Of a stretch of 20,767 bases of DNA, positions 1 through 7,300 are shown piece by piece. Positions within the stretch are counted from its first letter, which is position 1. Each line of letters begins with the position of its first letter. This DNA comes from a virus, in UHGV virus genome UHGV-2126844. One strand, written 5' to 3'. The notes under the pieces are model-generated. The model was not told the origin of the DNA. It did no database searches and saw only the letters and a list, made by a program, of their open reading frames with translations. Position numbers and translations under genes: made by a program.

Positions 1-1284
1 TTACTTCTTCGCCTCTGCAACCACTTTACTACCCACGCCGCGGTTATTGTATTCCCACATGCGGTTGTAGTTAGTGTCATTCAGATTGCGCTGTATTTCG
101 TCGTTATCATCTACGCTGCCGGTATTACCCGCAAACGGACGATTAGAGATCACCGCATCGGCCCACGGTTTAGCCGTGTTAAAACCTTCGTTGATGGCGC
201 TATCACGGATCACCACCTGACCGTTGGTATTGGCATCAACATCCAGCGAGCGGCCCAGTTGCGCCACACCATCACCGAAAGCATTGAAACGGCTGTTTAC
301 GGCGAGGAAACCGTAGTAAATGTTGGACAGCGTAGCCGGTGCAAACACATACGCTTCTTGCTGAGTACGTGAGTTCACCACGCGGAATTCGGTGTTATCG
401 AACACCACTGCGCCGCGACCAGAAACGATATCCACATCCCCTTCAATGTAGCTGTTGGTCACCAGCGTACGCGGCTGACGATTTGTTTCCAGACGGTTCT
501 GCACACCGCTGTTGGTGACAAAGAAGGTGTTCTGACGACCGAGAATGTTAACGTTGTTAATCTGTACCTGGTCACCATCAGTACGCAGTGCCACCGCCGG
601 ATGGTTACCTGCATCTACGCTATCGCCCAGCGTGTTTTCGATGGTCAGATTTTGCAGTTGCAGGCCATTGTTTTGTGACCAGAAGACCGCAGAGCAGAGA
701 ACACCGATACTGTCGCTGCGTTTGCTCTGGCAGCTATCGTACATATACCACGCTGGTTTACCTGGCATATATTTGCCGCGCGGGTTGACGTCGTGACGCC
801 AGTCGGCAGGGCTCATGCCACCATCAAGGGAAAGCCCAATCTTCACATCAATCGGTTTTTCACCTGTACCGTACAGAGTAATTCCACCCGGAGCGGCAGG
901 GACATATACCGTTCCCTGATACTCACCAGGCATCACGGCAATATACTGGCGCTTGTTGGTACGCTTGATAATTGCCGCATCTACCGCCGCCTGAATCGTG
1001 GTATGCGTTACACCTTGAGTGCCCGCCGGGCCGACAACAAAGTCAGGTTGCGCAGGCAGGGTAATCGGGGAAGGATTCCACGCTGCAGCACCTGGTGTCA
1101 GGGATGCAAAATAGTGTTGAGCATCGAAATTCTGCGCTTCTTTTGCCGACAGAATCGGGCGAGAAGAGGTACCAGGCGCGGTTTGATCAGAAGGACGTTG
1201 ATCGGGCGGGGTTGAGCTACAGGCGGTCAGCGTCACGCCAAAAGCCAATGCCAGCGCCAGACGGGAAACTGAAAATGTGTTCAC
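1..1284 (-). CDS. ybhC: YbhC-like pectinesterase-family lipoprotein; host gene flanking the lambda attachment site
   Basis: Complete 427-aa ORF on the minus strand (ATG at 1284, TAA at 1-3). N-terminal signal peptide with lipobox LTAC. Sequence recognised as E. coli YbhC from memory; position immediately beside the lambda att core is consistent. Confidence 0.88.
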   Translation of the reverse strand: MNTFSVSRLALALAFGVTLTACSSTPPDQRPSDQTAPGTSSRPILSAKEAQNFDAQHYFASLTPGAAAWNPSPITLPAQPDFVVGPAGTQGVTHTTIQAAVDAAIIKRTNKRQYIAVMPGEYQGTVYVPAAPGGITLYGTGEKPIDVKIGLSLDGGMSPADWRHDVNPRGKYMPGKPAWYMYDSCQSKRSDSIGVLCSAVFWSQNNGLQLQNLTIENTLGDSVDAGNHPAVALRTDGDQVQINNVNILGRQNTFFVTNSGVQNRLETNRQPRTLVTNSYIEGDVDIVSGRGAVVFDNTEFRVVNSRTQQEAYVFAPATLSNIYYGFLAVNSRFNAFGDGVAQLGRSLDVDANTNGQVVIRDSAINEGFNTAKPWADAVISNRPFAGNTGSVDDNDEIQRNLNDTNYNRMWEYNNRGVGSKVVAEAKK

Positions 1285-1315
1285 AGGTTGCTCCGGGCTA
1301 TGAAATAGAAAAATG

Positions 1316-1420
1316 AATCCGTTGAAGCCTGCTTTTTTATACTAAGTTGGCATTATAAAAAAGCATTGCTTATCAATTTGTTGCAACGAACAGGTCACTA
1401 TCAGTCAAAATAAAATCATT
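1316..1420. other. attL: Prophage attL (B-O-P'): lambda core at 1331-1345, then P' arm with IHF-like site (1371-1383) and Int arm-type repeats (about 1393-1423)
   Basis: Exact 15-bp lambda common core GCTTTTTTATACTAA. Left flank (gaagcct) matches the bacterial B arm; right flank (gttggcattataaaaaagcattgcttatcaatttgttgcaacgaacaggtcactatcagtcaaaataaaatcatt) matches the lambda P' arm. int lies immediately adjacent. Confidence 0.88.
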
Positions 1421-2489
1421 ATTTGATTTCAATTTTGTCCCACTCCCTGCCTCTGTCATCACGATACTGTGATGCCATGGTGTCCGACTTATGCCCGAGA
1501 AGATGTTGAGCAAATTTATCGCTTATCTGCTTCTCATAGAGTCTTGCAGACAAACTGCGCAACTCGTGAAAGGTTGGCGGATCCCCTTCGAAGGAGAGAC
1601 CTGATGCTTTTCGTGCGCGCATAAAATACCTTGATACTGTGCCGGATGAAAGCGGTTCACGACGAGTAGATGCAATTATGGTTTCTCCGCCAAGAATCTT
1701 TTTGCATTTATCAAGTGTTTCCTTCATTGATATCCCGAGAGCATCAACATGCAATGTTGTTGGGATGGCAATTTTTACGCCTGTTTTGCTTTGCTCGACA
1801 TAAAGATATCCATCTACGATATCAGACCACTTCATTTCGCATAAATCACCAACTCGCTGCCCGGTAACAACAGCCAGTTCCATTGCAAGTCTAAGCCAAC
1901 ATGGTGATGATTCTGCTGCTTGATAAATTTTCAGGTATTCGTCAGCCGTAAGTCTTGATCTCCTTACCTCTGATTTTGCAGCGCGAGTGGCTGCGACCGG
2001 GTTTGTTGTTATATGGCCTTCAGCCATAGCCTCTCGGAATGCATCGCTCAGTGTTGATCTGATTAACTTGGCTGATGCCGCCTTTCCCTCGTCTATGTAT
2101 CCATTGAGCATTGCCGCAATTTCTTTTGTGGTGATGTCTTCAAGTGGAGCATCAGGCAGACCCCTCCTTATTGCTTTAATTTTGCTCATGTAATTTATGA
2201 GTGTCTTCTGCTTGATTCCTCTGCTGGCCAGGATTTTTTCGTAGCGATCAAGCCATGAATGTAACGTAACGGAATTATCACTGTTGATTCTCGCTGTCAG
2301 AGGCTTGTGTTTGTGTCCTGAAAATAACTCAATGTTGGCCTGTATAGCTTCAGTGATTGCGATTCGCCTGTCTCGGCCTAATCCAAACTCTTTACCCGTC
2401 CTTGGGTCCCTGTAGCAGTAATATCCATTGTTTCTTATATAAAGGTTAGGGGGTAAATCCCGGCGCTCATGACTTCGCCTTCTTCCCAT
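1419..2489 (-). CDS. int: Lambda-type tyrosine integrase Int (356 aa)
   Basis: Full-length ORF ending at the P' arm. Translation matches lambda Int as recalled (MGRRRSHERRDLPPNLYIRNNGYYCYRDPRTGKEFGLGRD...; catalytic region HELRSLSARLY ... LLGHKSDTMASQYRDDRG). Confidence 0.97.
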   Translation of the reverse strand: MGRRRSHERRDLPPNLYIRNNGYYCYRDPRTGKEFGLGRDRRIAITEAIQANIELFSGHKHKPLTARINSDNSVTLHSWLDRYEKILASRGIKQKTLINYMSKIKAIRRGLPDAPLEDITTKEIAAMLNGYIDEGKAASAKLIRSTLSDAFREAMAEGHITTNPVAATRAAKSEVRRSRLTADEYLKIYQAAESSPCWLRLAMELAVVTGQRVGDLCEMKWSDIVDGYLYVEQSKTGVKIAIPTTLHVDALGISMKETLDKCKKILGGETIIASTRREPLSSGTVSRYFMRARKASGLSFEGDPPTFHELRSLSARLYEKQISDKFAQHLLGHKSDTMASQYRDDRGREWDKIEIK

Positions 2490-2685
2490 TTCTGATCCTC
2501 TTCAAAAGGCTACCTGTTACTGGTCGATTTAAGTCAACCTTTACCGCTGATTCGTGGAACAGATATTCTCTTCCATCCTTAACCGGAGGAGGGAATATCC
2601 TGCATTCGCGCACCCATCGACGAACTGTTTCAAGGCTTCTTGGGCGTCGCTGGCGAGCGTTCCACTCCTGAAGTGTCAAGTACAT
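2467..2685 (-). CDS. xis: Excisionase Xis (72 aa)
   Basis: 72-aa ORF overlapping the int start, as in lambda. Translation MYLTLQEWNARQRRPRSLETVRRWVRECRIFPPPVKDGREYLFHESAVKVDLNRPV... matches lambda Xis as recalled. Confidence 0.95.
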   Translation of the reverse strand: MYLTLQEWNARQRRPRSLETVRRWVRECRIFPPPVKDGREYLFHESAVKVDLNRPVTGSLLKRIRNGKKAKS

Positions 2686-2711
2686 CGCAAAGTCTCCGCA
2701 ATTACACGCAA

Positions 2712-2733
2712 GAAAAAACCGCCATCAGGCGGC
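2712..2733 (-). terminator. Candidate rho-independent terminator on the minus strand (stem ccgcc/ggcgg, loop tgat, then UUUUUUCUU) overlapping the stop of the 55-aa ORF, just upstream of xis
   Basis: Read directly: plus strand aaaaaaccgccatcaggcgg; the minus-strand RNA forms a GC hairpin followed by a U-run. Strength and function not tested. Confidence 0.45.
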
Positions 2734-2892
2734 TTGGTGTTCTTTCAGTTCTTCAATTCGAATATTGGTTATGTCTGCATGTGCTATCTGCGCCCATATC
2801 ATCCAGTGGTCATAGCAGTCATTGATGTTCTCTGCTTCGATAACTCTGTTGAATGGTTCTCCATTCCATTCACCTGTGACTCGGAAGTGCAT
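2725..2892 (-). CDS. Small 55-aa ORF in the position and length of lambda's unnamed ORF upstream of xis
   Basis: ATG at 2892 preceded by GGAG; translation MHFRVTGEWNGEPFNRVIEAENINDCYDHWMIWAQIAHADITNIRIEELKEHQAA. Below the 60-aa cut-off of the supplied track; found by manual translation. Offset from int/xis matches my recollection of the lambda map. Confidence 0.55.
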   Translation of the reverse strand: MHFRVTGEWNGEPFNRVIEAENINDCYDHWMIWAQIAHADITNIRIEELKEHQAA

Positions 2893-2974
2893 TTATCATC
2901 TCCATAAAACAAAACTCGCCGTAGCGAGTTCAGATATAATTTCCACCAAAGGCAGTAGTTGCTGATGCTAAGAA

Positions 2975-3403
2975 TTATTCAATATCTATTCCTGTAATAT
3001 CTTTTATCTTTTTCCTTGCAAAGCCTTTTGCTAGTGATTTTGAAACACTTATTAGTGTACTAATTCCCTCATCCTTAAAGTTTGTTTTTATAGTTTGCCA
3101 GACCTCCTTTTGACGCAAGTCAGCAATAAAATCATGCCCTCTTGCTGTCAACCTCAGTGGTACTTCGATCCAACTATATCCAACACCTTCCCCTAACTCG
3201 TTGGACATTATATGACCGAACCCAGGTTTTCCATCAACCCTGACTATTAATTCGTAGTCGCATAATAATCGCATATGGAAAATAAAATTTTGGTCATATC
3301 TATTAAAGCCATTATCCTCTAGTTCACTAAGCATCGTGTCAGGGCCATGAGTTTTTTCGAATGCGATAAGTAGATCTTTTAGATATTGCTGGTCTAATTT
3401 CAT
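2975..3403 (-). CDS. Hypothetical 142-aa cytoplasmic protein, non-lambda; family not assignable by eye
   Basis: Clean ORF with a strong RBS (GGAGG, 6 nt before ATG at 3403). Occupies the position where lambda has ea8.5. No signal peptide or transmembrane segment. Translation MKLDQQYLKDLLIAFEKTHGPDTMLSELEDNGF... not recognised. Confidence 0.6.
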   Translation of the reverse strand: MKLDQQYLKDLLIAFEKTHGPDTMLSELEDNGFNRYDQNFIFHMRLLCDYELIVRVDGKPGFGHIMSNELGEGVGYSWIEVPLRLTARGHDFIADLRQKEVWQTIKTNFKDEGISTLISVSKSLAKGFARKKIKDITGIDIE

Positions 3404-3431
3404 TGCCGCCTCCGTGACATGTCACAGAGAT

Positions 3432-3770
3432 TTATATCATTAATTTTGTTTCGTGCCAGCCTTTGGTCACCCAGCATTGTGAGTCACCATTACACGGGCA
3501 TGAATTAACAGGAACTCTCTCGCCGCACTTACCGCAACGTTTTCTGCTGATCGATTTTATACGCCAGCGCACACGTGCATCATCCTGGCGGCTCAGTAAC
3601 GCGATGTACTCACCAAACTCGTAAGGCGCATGCCTGAAGCGGCGCGTGGCTCAGTTACGATCCAGCATTTCAATTTCCTGAGCATCAAGTACAAGCTCCA
3701 GCTTACGCATACCGGATGATGCTTGCTTGGCTCTCTGATCGACTTTGCGCTCTGCTGATGATTTAGCCAT
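3432..3770 (-). pseudogene. 112-codon frame encoding a ribbon-helix-helix-like N-terminus and a C-terminal zinc ribbon (CGKCG...CPCN...C), interrupted by an in-frame TGA at 3651-3653; nonsense-disrupted gene or two very small genes
   Basis: Manual translation: MAKSSAERKVDQRAKQASSGMRKLELVLDAQEIEMLDRN-stop-ATRRFRHAPYEFGEYIALLSRQDDARVRWRIKSISRKRCGKCGERVPVNSCPCNGDSQCWVTKGWHETKLMI. RBS AGGAAAAG before ATG at 3770. No in-frame ATG after the TGA; only a GTG about 46 codons from the end. Confidence 0.4.
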
Positions 3771-3964
3771 TCTGCTTTTCCTGCATTAGGAGAAAGACAA
3801 TCATGGCGGCGCGGATACTTCCGGTATCTTTTTACTCGATATTACCCTTCAATGGCACATACAAGAAGAGAGCCATCAACAGGAGTGAGTGAGGAATCGA
3901 CAACCAGCAACTCTTAATTATCTATAGTGTCGTATTTGCTTCATAAAATATGGCGAATAACACA

Positions 3965-3998
3965 AAGCCCGCAGCAGCTCATTGTGCGGGCTTTTCTT
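3965..3998 (-). terminator. Candidate intrinsic terminator hairpin (9-bp stem aagcccgca/tgcgggctt, 11-nt loop) between the 204-aa gene and the downstream operon; U-rich on both strands
   Basis: Read directly: plus aagcccgcagcagctcattgtgcgggcttttctt; minus-strand RNA has the same stem followed by uuugugUUaUU. Confidence 0.45.
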
Positions 3999-4063
3999 AT
4001 ACATACTTCCTAGAGATAATTCTATGGAGGCATTAAATTAATACTGTCATTGGTAATATCATA

Positions 4064-4678
4064 TTATCTAAAAGTCTTTCCACTTTTAACGTCTAGGTAT
4101 ATTCTGTTCGACAACGTCATTCCTCCGCAATATGTGAAATAGATGTTTTTCCCCTTATTGCTTGATGCCATCCACCCTCCGATTTCCTTAAAGTCGCTTT
4201 CCGTGCAGACCCCTTCGTTTATTAACTTCCTAGCTGCCGAAGAAAACTCTTTTTTGTATATACGGTAGTCATCAGATCCTTTGATTAAAGTATCATCTCC
4301 GCTCGCATTTTCAGCAGGATCTGATGGCCTTTCACTGCTAAGATCACTAAGTTTAACCCATTCTGAAAACTTGCCATTGACGATTCCGTTTTTTCTTGTG
4401 CAGGATTTATTACCTTCTTTAATATATTCGCTTTCCCCTCCCACACATGAGGCTGAATATGGCTCAGTTATACGAACCCATTCACCTTTTTTTTCTAGAA
4501 AATCTACGCCTTCCCTGAAAAATAGTTTCCCAGCCACTCCACATTTACTTGAAGGGCAGGTATGTCTTTCCGTTCGATCAACAACAACCCAAAGTCTTGA
4601 TTCATTTTTTGCCATTGCCGATGGTATTTGAGATGAGACAATTAACGTAAGCCCTAAAATTAGTATTGATTTTTTCAT
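4064..4678 (-). CDS. Secreted or periplasmic cysteine-rich hypothetical protein (204 aa) with a cleavable signal peptide; prophage cargo
   Basis: N-terminus MKKSILILGLTLIVSSQIPSAMA-KNES is a typical Sec signal peptide with an AxA cleavage site. Mature part has 7 Cys and two similar ...GxW/FxEWV+... segments. RBS AAGGAA before ATG. Terminator-like hairpin downstream. Not a lambda gene. Confidence 0.65.
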   Translation of the reverse strand: MKKSILILGLTLIVSSQIPSAMAKNESRLWVVVDRTERHTCPSSKCGVAGKLFFREGVDFLEKKGEWVRITEPYSASCVGGESEYIKEGNKSCTRKNGIVNGKFSEWVKLSDLSSERPSDPAENASGDDTLIKGSDDYRIYKKEFSSAARKLINEGVCTESDFKEIGGWMASSNKGKNIYFTYCGGMTLSNRIYLDVKSGKTFR

Positions 4679-4976
4679 TGTAATTTCCTTTTACTTTTTA
4701 CAAAGCGTTTAATCATGGCTGATTATCTTTAAGCGTAGTAACAGCCTTGTGCGAAACATGTTACCAAATCGCCATTTCAGTGTATCCGCAGTTAGGCTGC
4801 CACTTCAAGGATTCCTAATTACATGGTACGTAAGCGTAAAATCCCGTTGGTTGTCGGGTAATAACTCTGATCAAATCTCCCTTGTCTTTTGCTCTTACGT
4901 ATGCAGCTCTTGTGTATTCAACCCAGGCCTCCAGTTCAGCAATACGCTTACTTCCATCCGAGATAACACCTTCTAC

Positions 4977-5228
4977 TCACGCTGCTCGTTGAGTTTTGAT
5001 TTTTGCTGTCTCCAGCTCAACACGCAGTTTCCTCACCGTTAGCGCAATATCCTCGTTCTCCTGGTCGCGGCGTTTGATGTACTGCTGGTTTCTTTCCCGT
5101 TCATCCAGCAGTGTCAGCACAATCGATGGTGTTACCAGCTCATGGAAAAGGTCCGCGTCAAATCCCCAGTTGTCATGCATTGCCTGCTCTGCCGCTTCAC
5201 GCAGTGCCTGAGAGTGAATTACGCTCAC
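4977..5228 (-). CDS. 83-aa ORF at the ea22 position, translationally coupled to orf73 (GTGA overlap); the same frame continues for 53 codons past an in-frame TGA (4977-4979) to TAG at 4815-4817
   Basis: Track ORF MSVIHSQALREAAEQAMHDNWGFDADLFHELV...KTQRAA (the M is a GTG start). Manual translation after the TGA: VEGVISDGSKRIAELEAWVEYTRAAYVRAKDKGDLIRVITRQPTGFYAYVPCN. Assignment to ea22 is by position only. Confidence 0.5.
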   Translation of the reverse strand: MSVIHSQALREAAEQAMHDNWGFDADLFHELVTPSIVLTLLDERERNQQYIKRRDQENEDIALTVRKLRVELETAKIKTQRAA

Positions 5229-5446
5229 TTCGAACCTCTCTGTTTACTGATAAGTTCCAGATCCTCCTGGCAACTTGCACAAGTCCGACAACCCTGAACG
5301 GCCAGGCGTCTTCGTTCATCTATCGGATCGCCACACTCACAACAATGAGTGGCAGATATAGCCTGGTGGTTCAGGCGGCGCATTTTTATTGCTGTGTTGC
5401 GCTGTAATTCTTCAATTTCTGATGCTGAATCAATGATGTCTGCCAT
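5225..5446 (-). CDS. orf73: TraR/DksA-family C4 zinc-finger protein (73 aa), lambda Orf73-like
   Basis: 73-aa ORF with CxxC...CxxC (CCECGDPIDERRRLAVQGCRTCASCQ), characteristic of TraR-like RNA-polymerase-binding proteins. Size and position between the ea22 region and exo match lambda orf73 as recalled. Confidence 0.8.
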   Translation of the reverse strand: MADIIDSASEIEELQRNTAIKMRRLNHQAISATHCCECGDPIDERRRLAVQGCRTCASCQEDLELISKQRGSK

Positions 5447-5495
5447 CTTTCATTAATCCCTGAATTGTTGGTTAATACGCTTGAGGGTGAATGCG

Positions 5496-5522
5496 AATAA
5501 TAAAAAAGGAGCCTGTAGCTCC
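5496..5522 (-). terminator. Candidate rho-independent terminator on the minus strand (stem ggagc/gctcc, then UUUUUUAUUAUU) between the 5545-5826 ORF and orf73; possibly a tL-type terminator of the early-left operon
   Basis: Read directly: plus aataataaaaaaggagcctgtagctcc; minus RNA hairpin followed by a U-run. Identity with a named lambda terminator not verified. Confidence 0.45.
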
Positions 5523-5544
5523 CTGATGATTTTGCTTTTCATGT

Positions 5545-5826
5545 TCACCGTTCCTTAAAAACGCCGTTTAACATGCCGATTGCTAGACTTAAATGAGTCG
5601 GTGTGAATCCCATCAGCGTTACCGTTTCGCGGTGCTTCTTCAGTACGCTACGGCAAATGTCATCGACGTTTTTATCCGGAAACTGCTGTCTGGCTTTTTT
5701 GATTTCAGAATTAGCCTGACGGGCAATGCTGCGAAGGGCGTTTTCCTGCTGAGGTGTCACTGAACAAGCCCCATGTCGGCAAGCATAAGCACACAGAATA
5801 TGAAGCCCGCTGCCAGAAAAATGCAT
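5545..5826 (-). CDS. Hypothetical early-left ORF (up to 93 aa; true start uncertain) in the orf61 region
   Basis: Track ORF ending ...ETVTLMGFTPTHLSLAIGMLNGVFKER. Overlapped in another frame by a 27-aa hydrophobic ORF (MTTTECIFLAAGFIFCVLMLADMGLVQ, 5757-5840) that is start/stop-coupled to orf63. I could not reconcile either frame with lambda orf61 from memory. Confidence 0.35.
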   Translation of the reverse strand: MHFSGSGLHILCAYACRHGACSVTPQQENALRSIARQANSEIKKARQQFPDKNVDDICRSVLKKHRETVTLMGFTPTHLSLAIGMLNGVFKER

Positions 5827-5836
5827 TCAGTGGTTG

Positions 5837-6028
5837 TCATACCTGGTCTCTCTCATCTGCTTCTGCTTTCGCCACCATCATTTCCAGTTTTTGTGAAAGG
5901 GATGTGGCTAACGTATGAAATTCTTCGTCTGTTTCTACTGGTATTGGCACAAACCTGATTCCAATTTGAGCAAGGCTATGTGCCATCTCGATACTCGTTC
6001 TTAACTCAACAGGAGATGCTTTGTGCAT
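5837..6028 (-). CDS. Lambda orf63-like small protein (63 aa)
   Basis: 63-aa ORF. Position and length relative to exo match lambda orf63 as recalled; the sequence itself was not recalled independently. Confidence 0.55.
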   Translation of the reverse strand: MHKASPVELRTSIEMAHSLAQIGIRFVPIPVETDEEFHTLATSLSQKLEMMVAKAEADERDQV

Positions 6029-6183
6029 ACAGCCCCTCGTTTATTATTTATCTCCTCAGCCAGCCGCTGTGCTTTCAGTGGATTTCGGATAACAGAAAGG
6101 CCGGGAAATACCCAGCCTCGCTTTGTAACGGAGTAGACGAAAGTGATTGCGCCTACCCGGATATTATCGTGAGGATGCGTCAT
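6001..6183 (-). CDS. Lambda orf60a-like small protein (60 aa)
   Basis: The ORF overlaps the exo start by 4 nt when started at the ATG at 6183 ([29 protein letters not shown]...). The track's 62-aa version starts two codons upstream. Length and position match lambda orf60a as recalled. Confidence 0.55.
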   Translation of the reverse strand: MTHPHDNIRVGAITFVYSVTKRGWVFPGLSVIRNPLKAQRLAEEINNKRGAVCTKHLLLS

Positions 6184-6860
6184 CGCCATTGCTCCCCAAA
6201 TACAAAACCAATTTCAGCCAGTGCCTCGTCCATTTTTTCGATGAACACCGGCACCATCTCGTCAAAACTCGCCATGTACTTTTCATCCCGCTCAACCACG
6301 ACATAATGCAGTCCTTCACGCTTCATACGCGGGTCATAGTTGGCAAAGTACCAGGCATCTTTTCGTGTCACCCACATGCTGTACTGCACCTGGGCCATGT
6401 AAGCCGACTTTATGGCCTCGAAACCACCGAGCCGGAACTTCATGAAATCCCGGGAGGTAAACGGGCATTTCAGCTCAAGGCCATTGCCGTCACTGCATAA
6501 ACCATCGGGAGAGCAGGCGGTGCGCATACTTTCGTCGCGATAGATGATCGGGGATTCAGTAACATTCACGCCGGAAGTGAATTCAAACAGGGTTCTGGCG
6601 TCGTTCTCGTACTGTTTTCCCCATGCCAGCGCCTTAGCATTAACTTCCGGAGCCACACCGGTGCAAACCTCAGCCAGCAGGGTGTGGAAGTAGGACATTT
6701 TCATGTCAGGCCACTTCTTTCCTGAGCGGGGCTTGGCTATCACGTTGTGAACTTCTGAAGCGGTGATGACGCCGAGCCGTAATTTGTGCCATGCATCATC
6801 CCCCTGTTCGACAGCTCTCACGTCGATCCCGGTACGCTGCAGGATAATGTCCGGTGTCAT
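6180..6860 (-). CDS. exo: Lambda exonuclease (Red-alpha), 226 aa
   Basis: Full-length ORF; translation [65 protein letters not shown]... matches lambda Exo as recalled. Confidence 0.96.
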   Translation of the reverse strand: MTPDIILQRTGIDVRAVEQGDDAWHKLRLGVITASEVHNVIAKPRSGKKWPDMKMSYFHTLLAEVCTGVAPEVNAKALAWGKQYENDARTLFEFTSGVNVTESPIIYRDESMRTACSPDGLCSDGNGLELKCPFTSRDFMKFRLGGFEAIKSAYMAQVQYSMWVTRKDAWYFANYDPRMKREGLHYVVVERDEKYMASFDEMVPVFIEKMDEALAEIGFVFGEQWR

Positions 6861-7300
6861 GCTGCCACCTTCTGCTCAGTGGCTTTCTGTTTCAGGAATC
6901 CAAGAGCTTTCACTGCTTCGGCCTGTGTCAGTTCTGACGATGCGCGAATGTCGCGGCGAAATATCTGGGAACAGAGCGGCAATAAGTCGTCATCCCATGT
7001 TTTGTCCAGGGCAATCAGCAGAGTGTTAATCTCCTGCATGGTTTCATCGTTAACCGGAGTAATGTCGCGTTCCGGCTGACGTTCTGCGGTGTATGCGGTA
7101 TTTTCGACAATGCGCTCGGCTTCATCCTTGTCATAGATACCAGCAAATCCGAAGGCCAGACGGGCACACTGAATCATGGCTTTATGCCGTAACATCCGTT
7201 TGGGATGCGACTGCCACGGCCCCGTAATTTCTCTGCCTTCGCGGGTTTTGAATGGTTCGCGGCGGCATTCATCCATCCACTCGGTAACGCAGATCGGATG
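6857..7300 (-). pseudogene. bet: 5'-truncated bet (Red-beta): only about the C-terminal 140-145 codons remain; homology ends near 7300 with an in-frame TAG immediately upstream
   Basis: Minus-frame translation ...NHPICVTEWMDECRREPFKTREGREITGPWQSHPKRMLRHKAMIQCARLAFG...KATEQKVAA matches the C-terminal half of lambda Bet. Upstream of about 7300 the sequence is unrelated and AT-rich. Confidence 0.85.

Noticed and set aside
545-1316. Plus-strand track ORFs (545-796, 588-788, 793-1215, 1095-1316) inside ybhC
   Set aside because: They lie antisense to a full-length conserved gene, have no RBS and have low-complexity Arg/Cys-rich translations typical of antisense reading of GC-rich coding DNA.
1670-2193. 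Plus-strand ORFs 1670-1867 and 1987-2193 inside int
   Set aside because: Antisense to the integrase gene; no independent support.
2554-2907. Plus-strand ORFs 2554-2907 and 2640-2825 overlapping xis and the 55-aa ORF
   Set aside because: Antisense to two lambda-like minus-strand genes; the minus-strand frames give the conserved products.
4281-4631. Plus-strand ORF 4281-4631 inside the 204-aa secreted-protein gene
   Set aside because: Antisense shadow ORF; the minus-strand frame has the signal peptide, RBS and terminator.
3651-5829. Idea that TGA is a sense codon (recoding or selenocysteine) because several frames continue past TGA
   Set aside because: int, xis, exo, rusA and the lysis genes all terminate normally, and no SECIS-like hairpin follows the TGAs. 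The third case (TGA at 5827-5829 before the 93-aa ORF) is followed immediately by an ATG and is an ordinary gene boundary. Nonsense mutation or separate small genes is more parsimonious.
5671-5856. Assigning lambda orf61 to these coordinates by offset from exo
   Set aside because: The frame beginning at the ATG at 5854-5856 stops after 9 codons, and neither overlapping frame gives a 61-aa product; either the sequence differs from lambda here or my recalled coordinates are imprecise.
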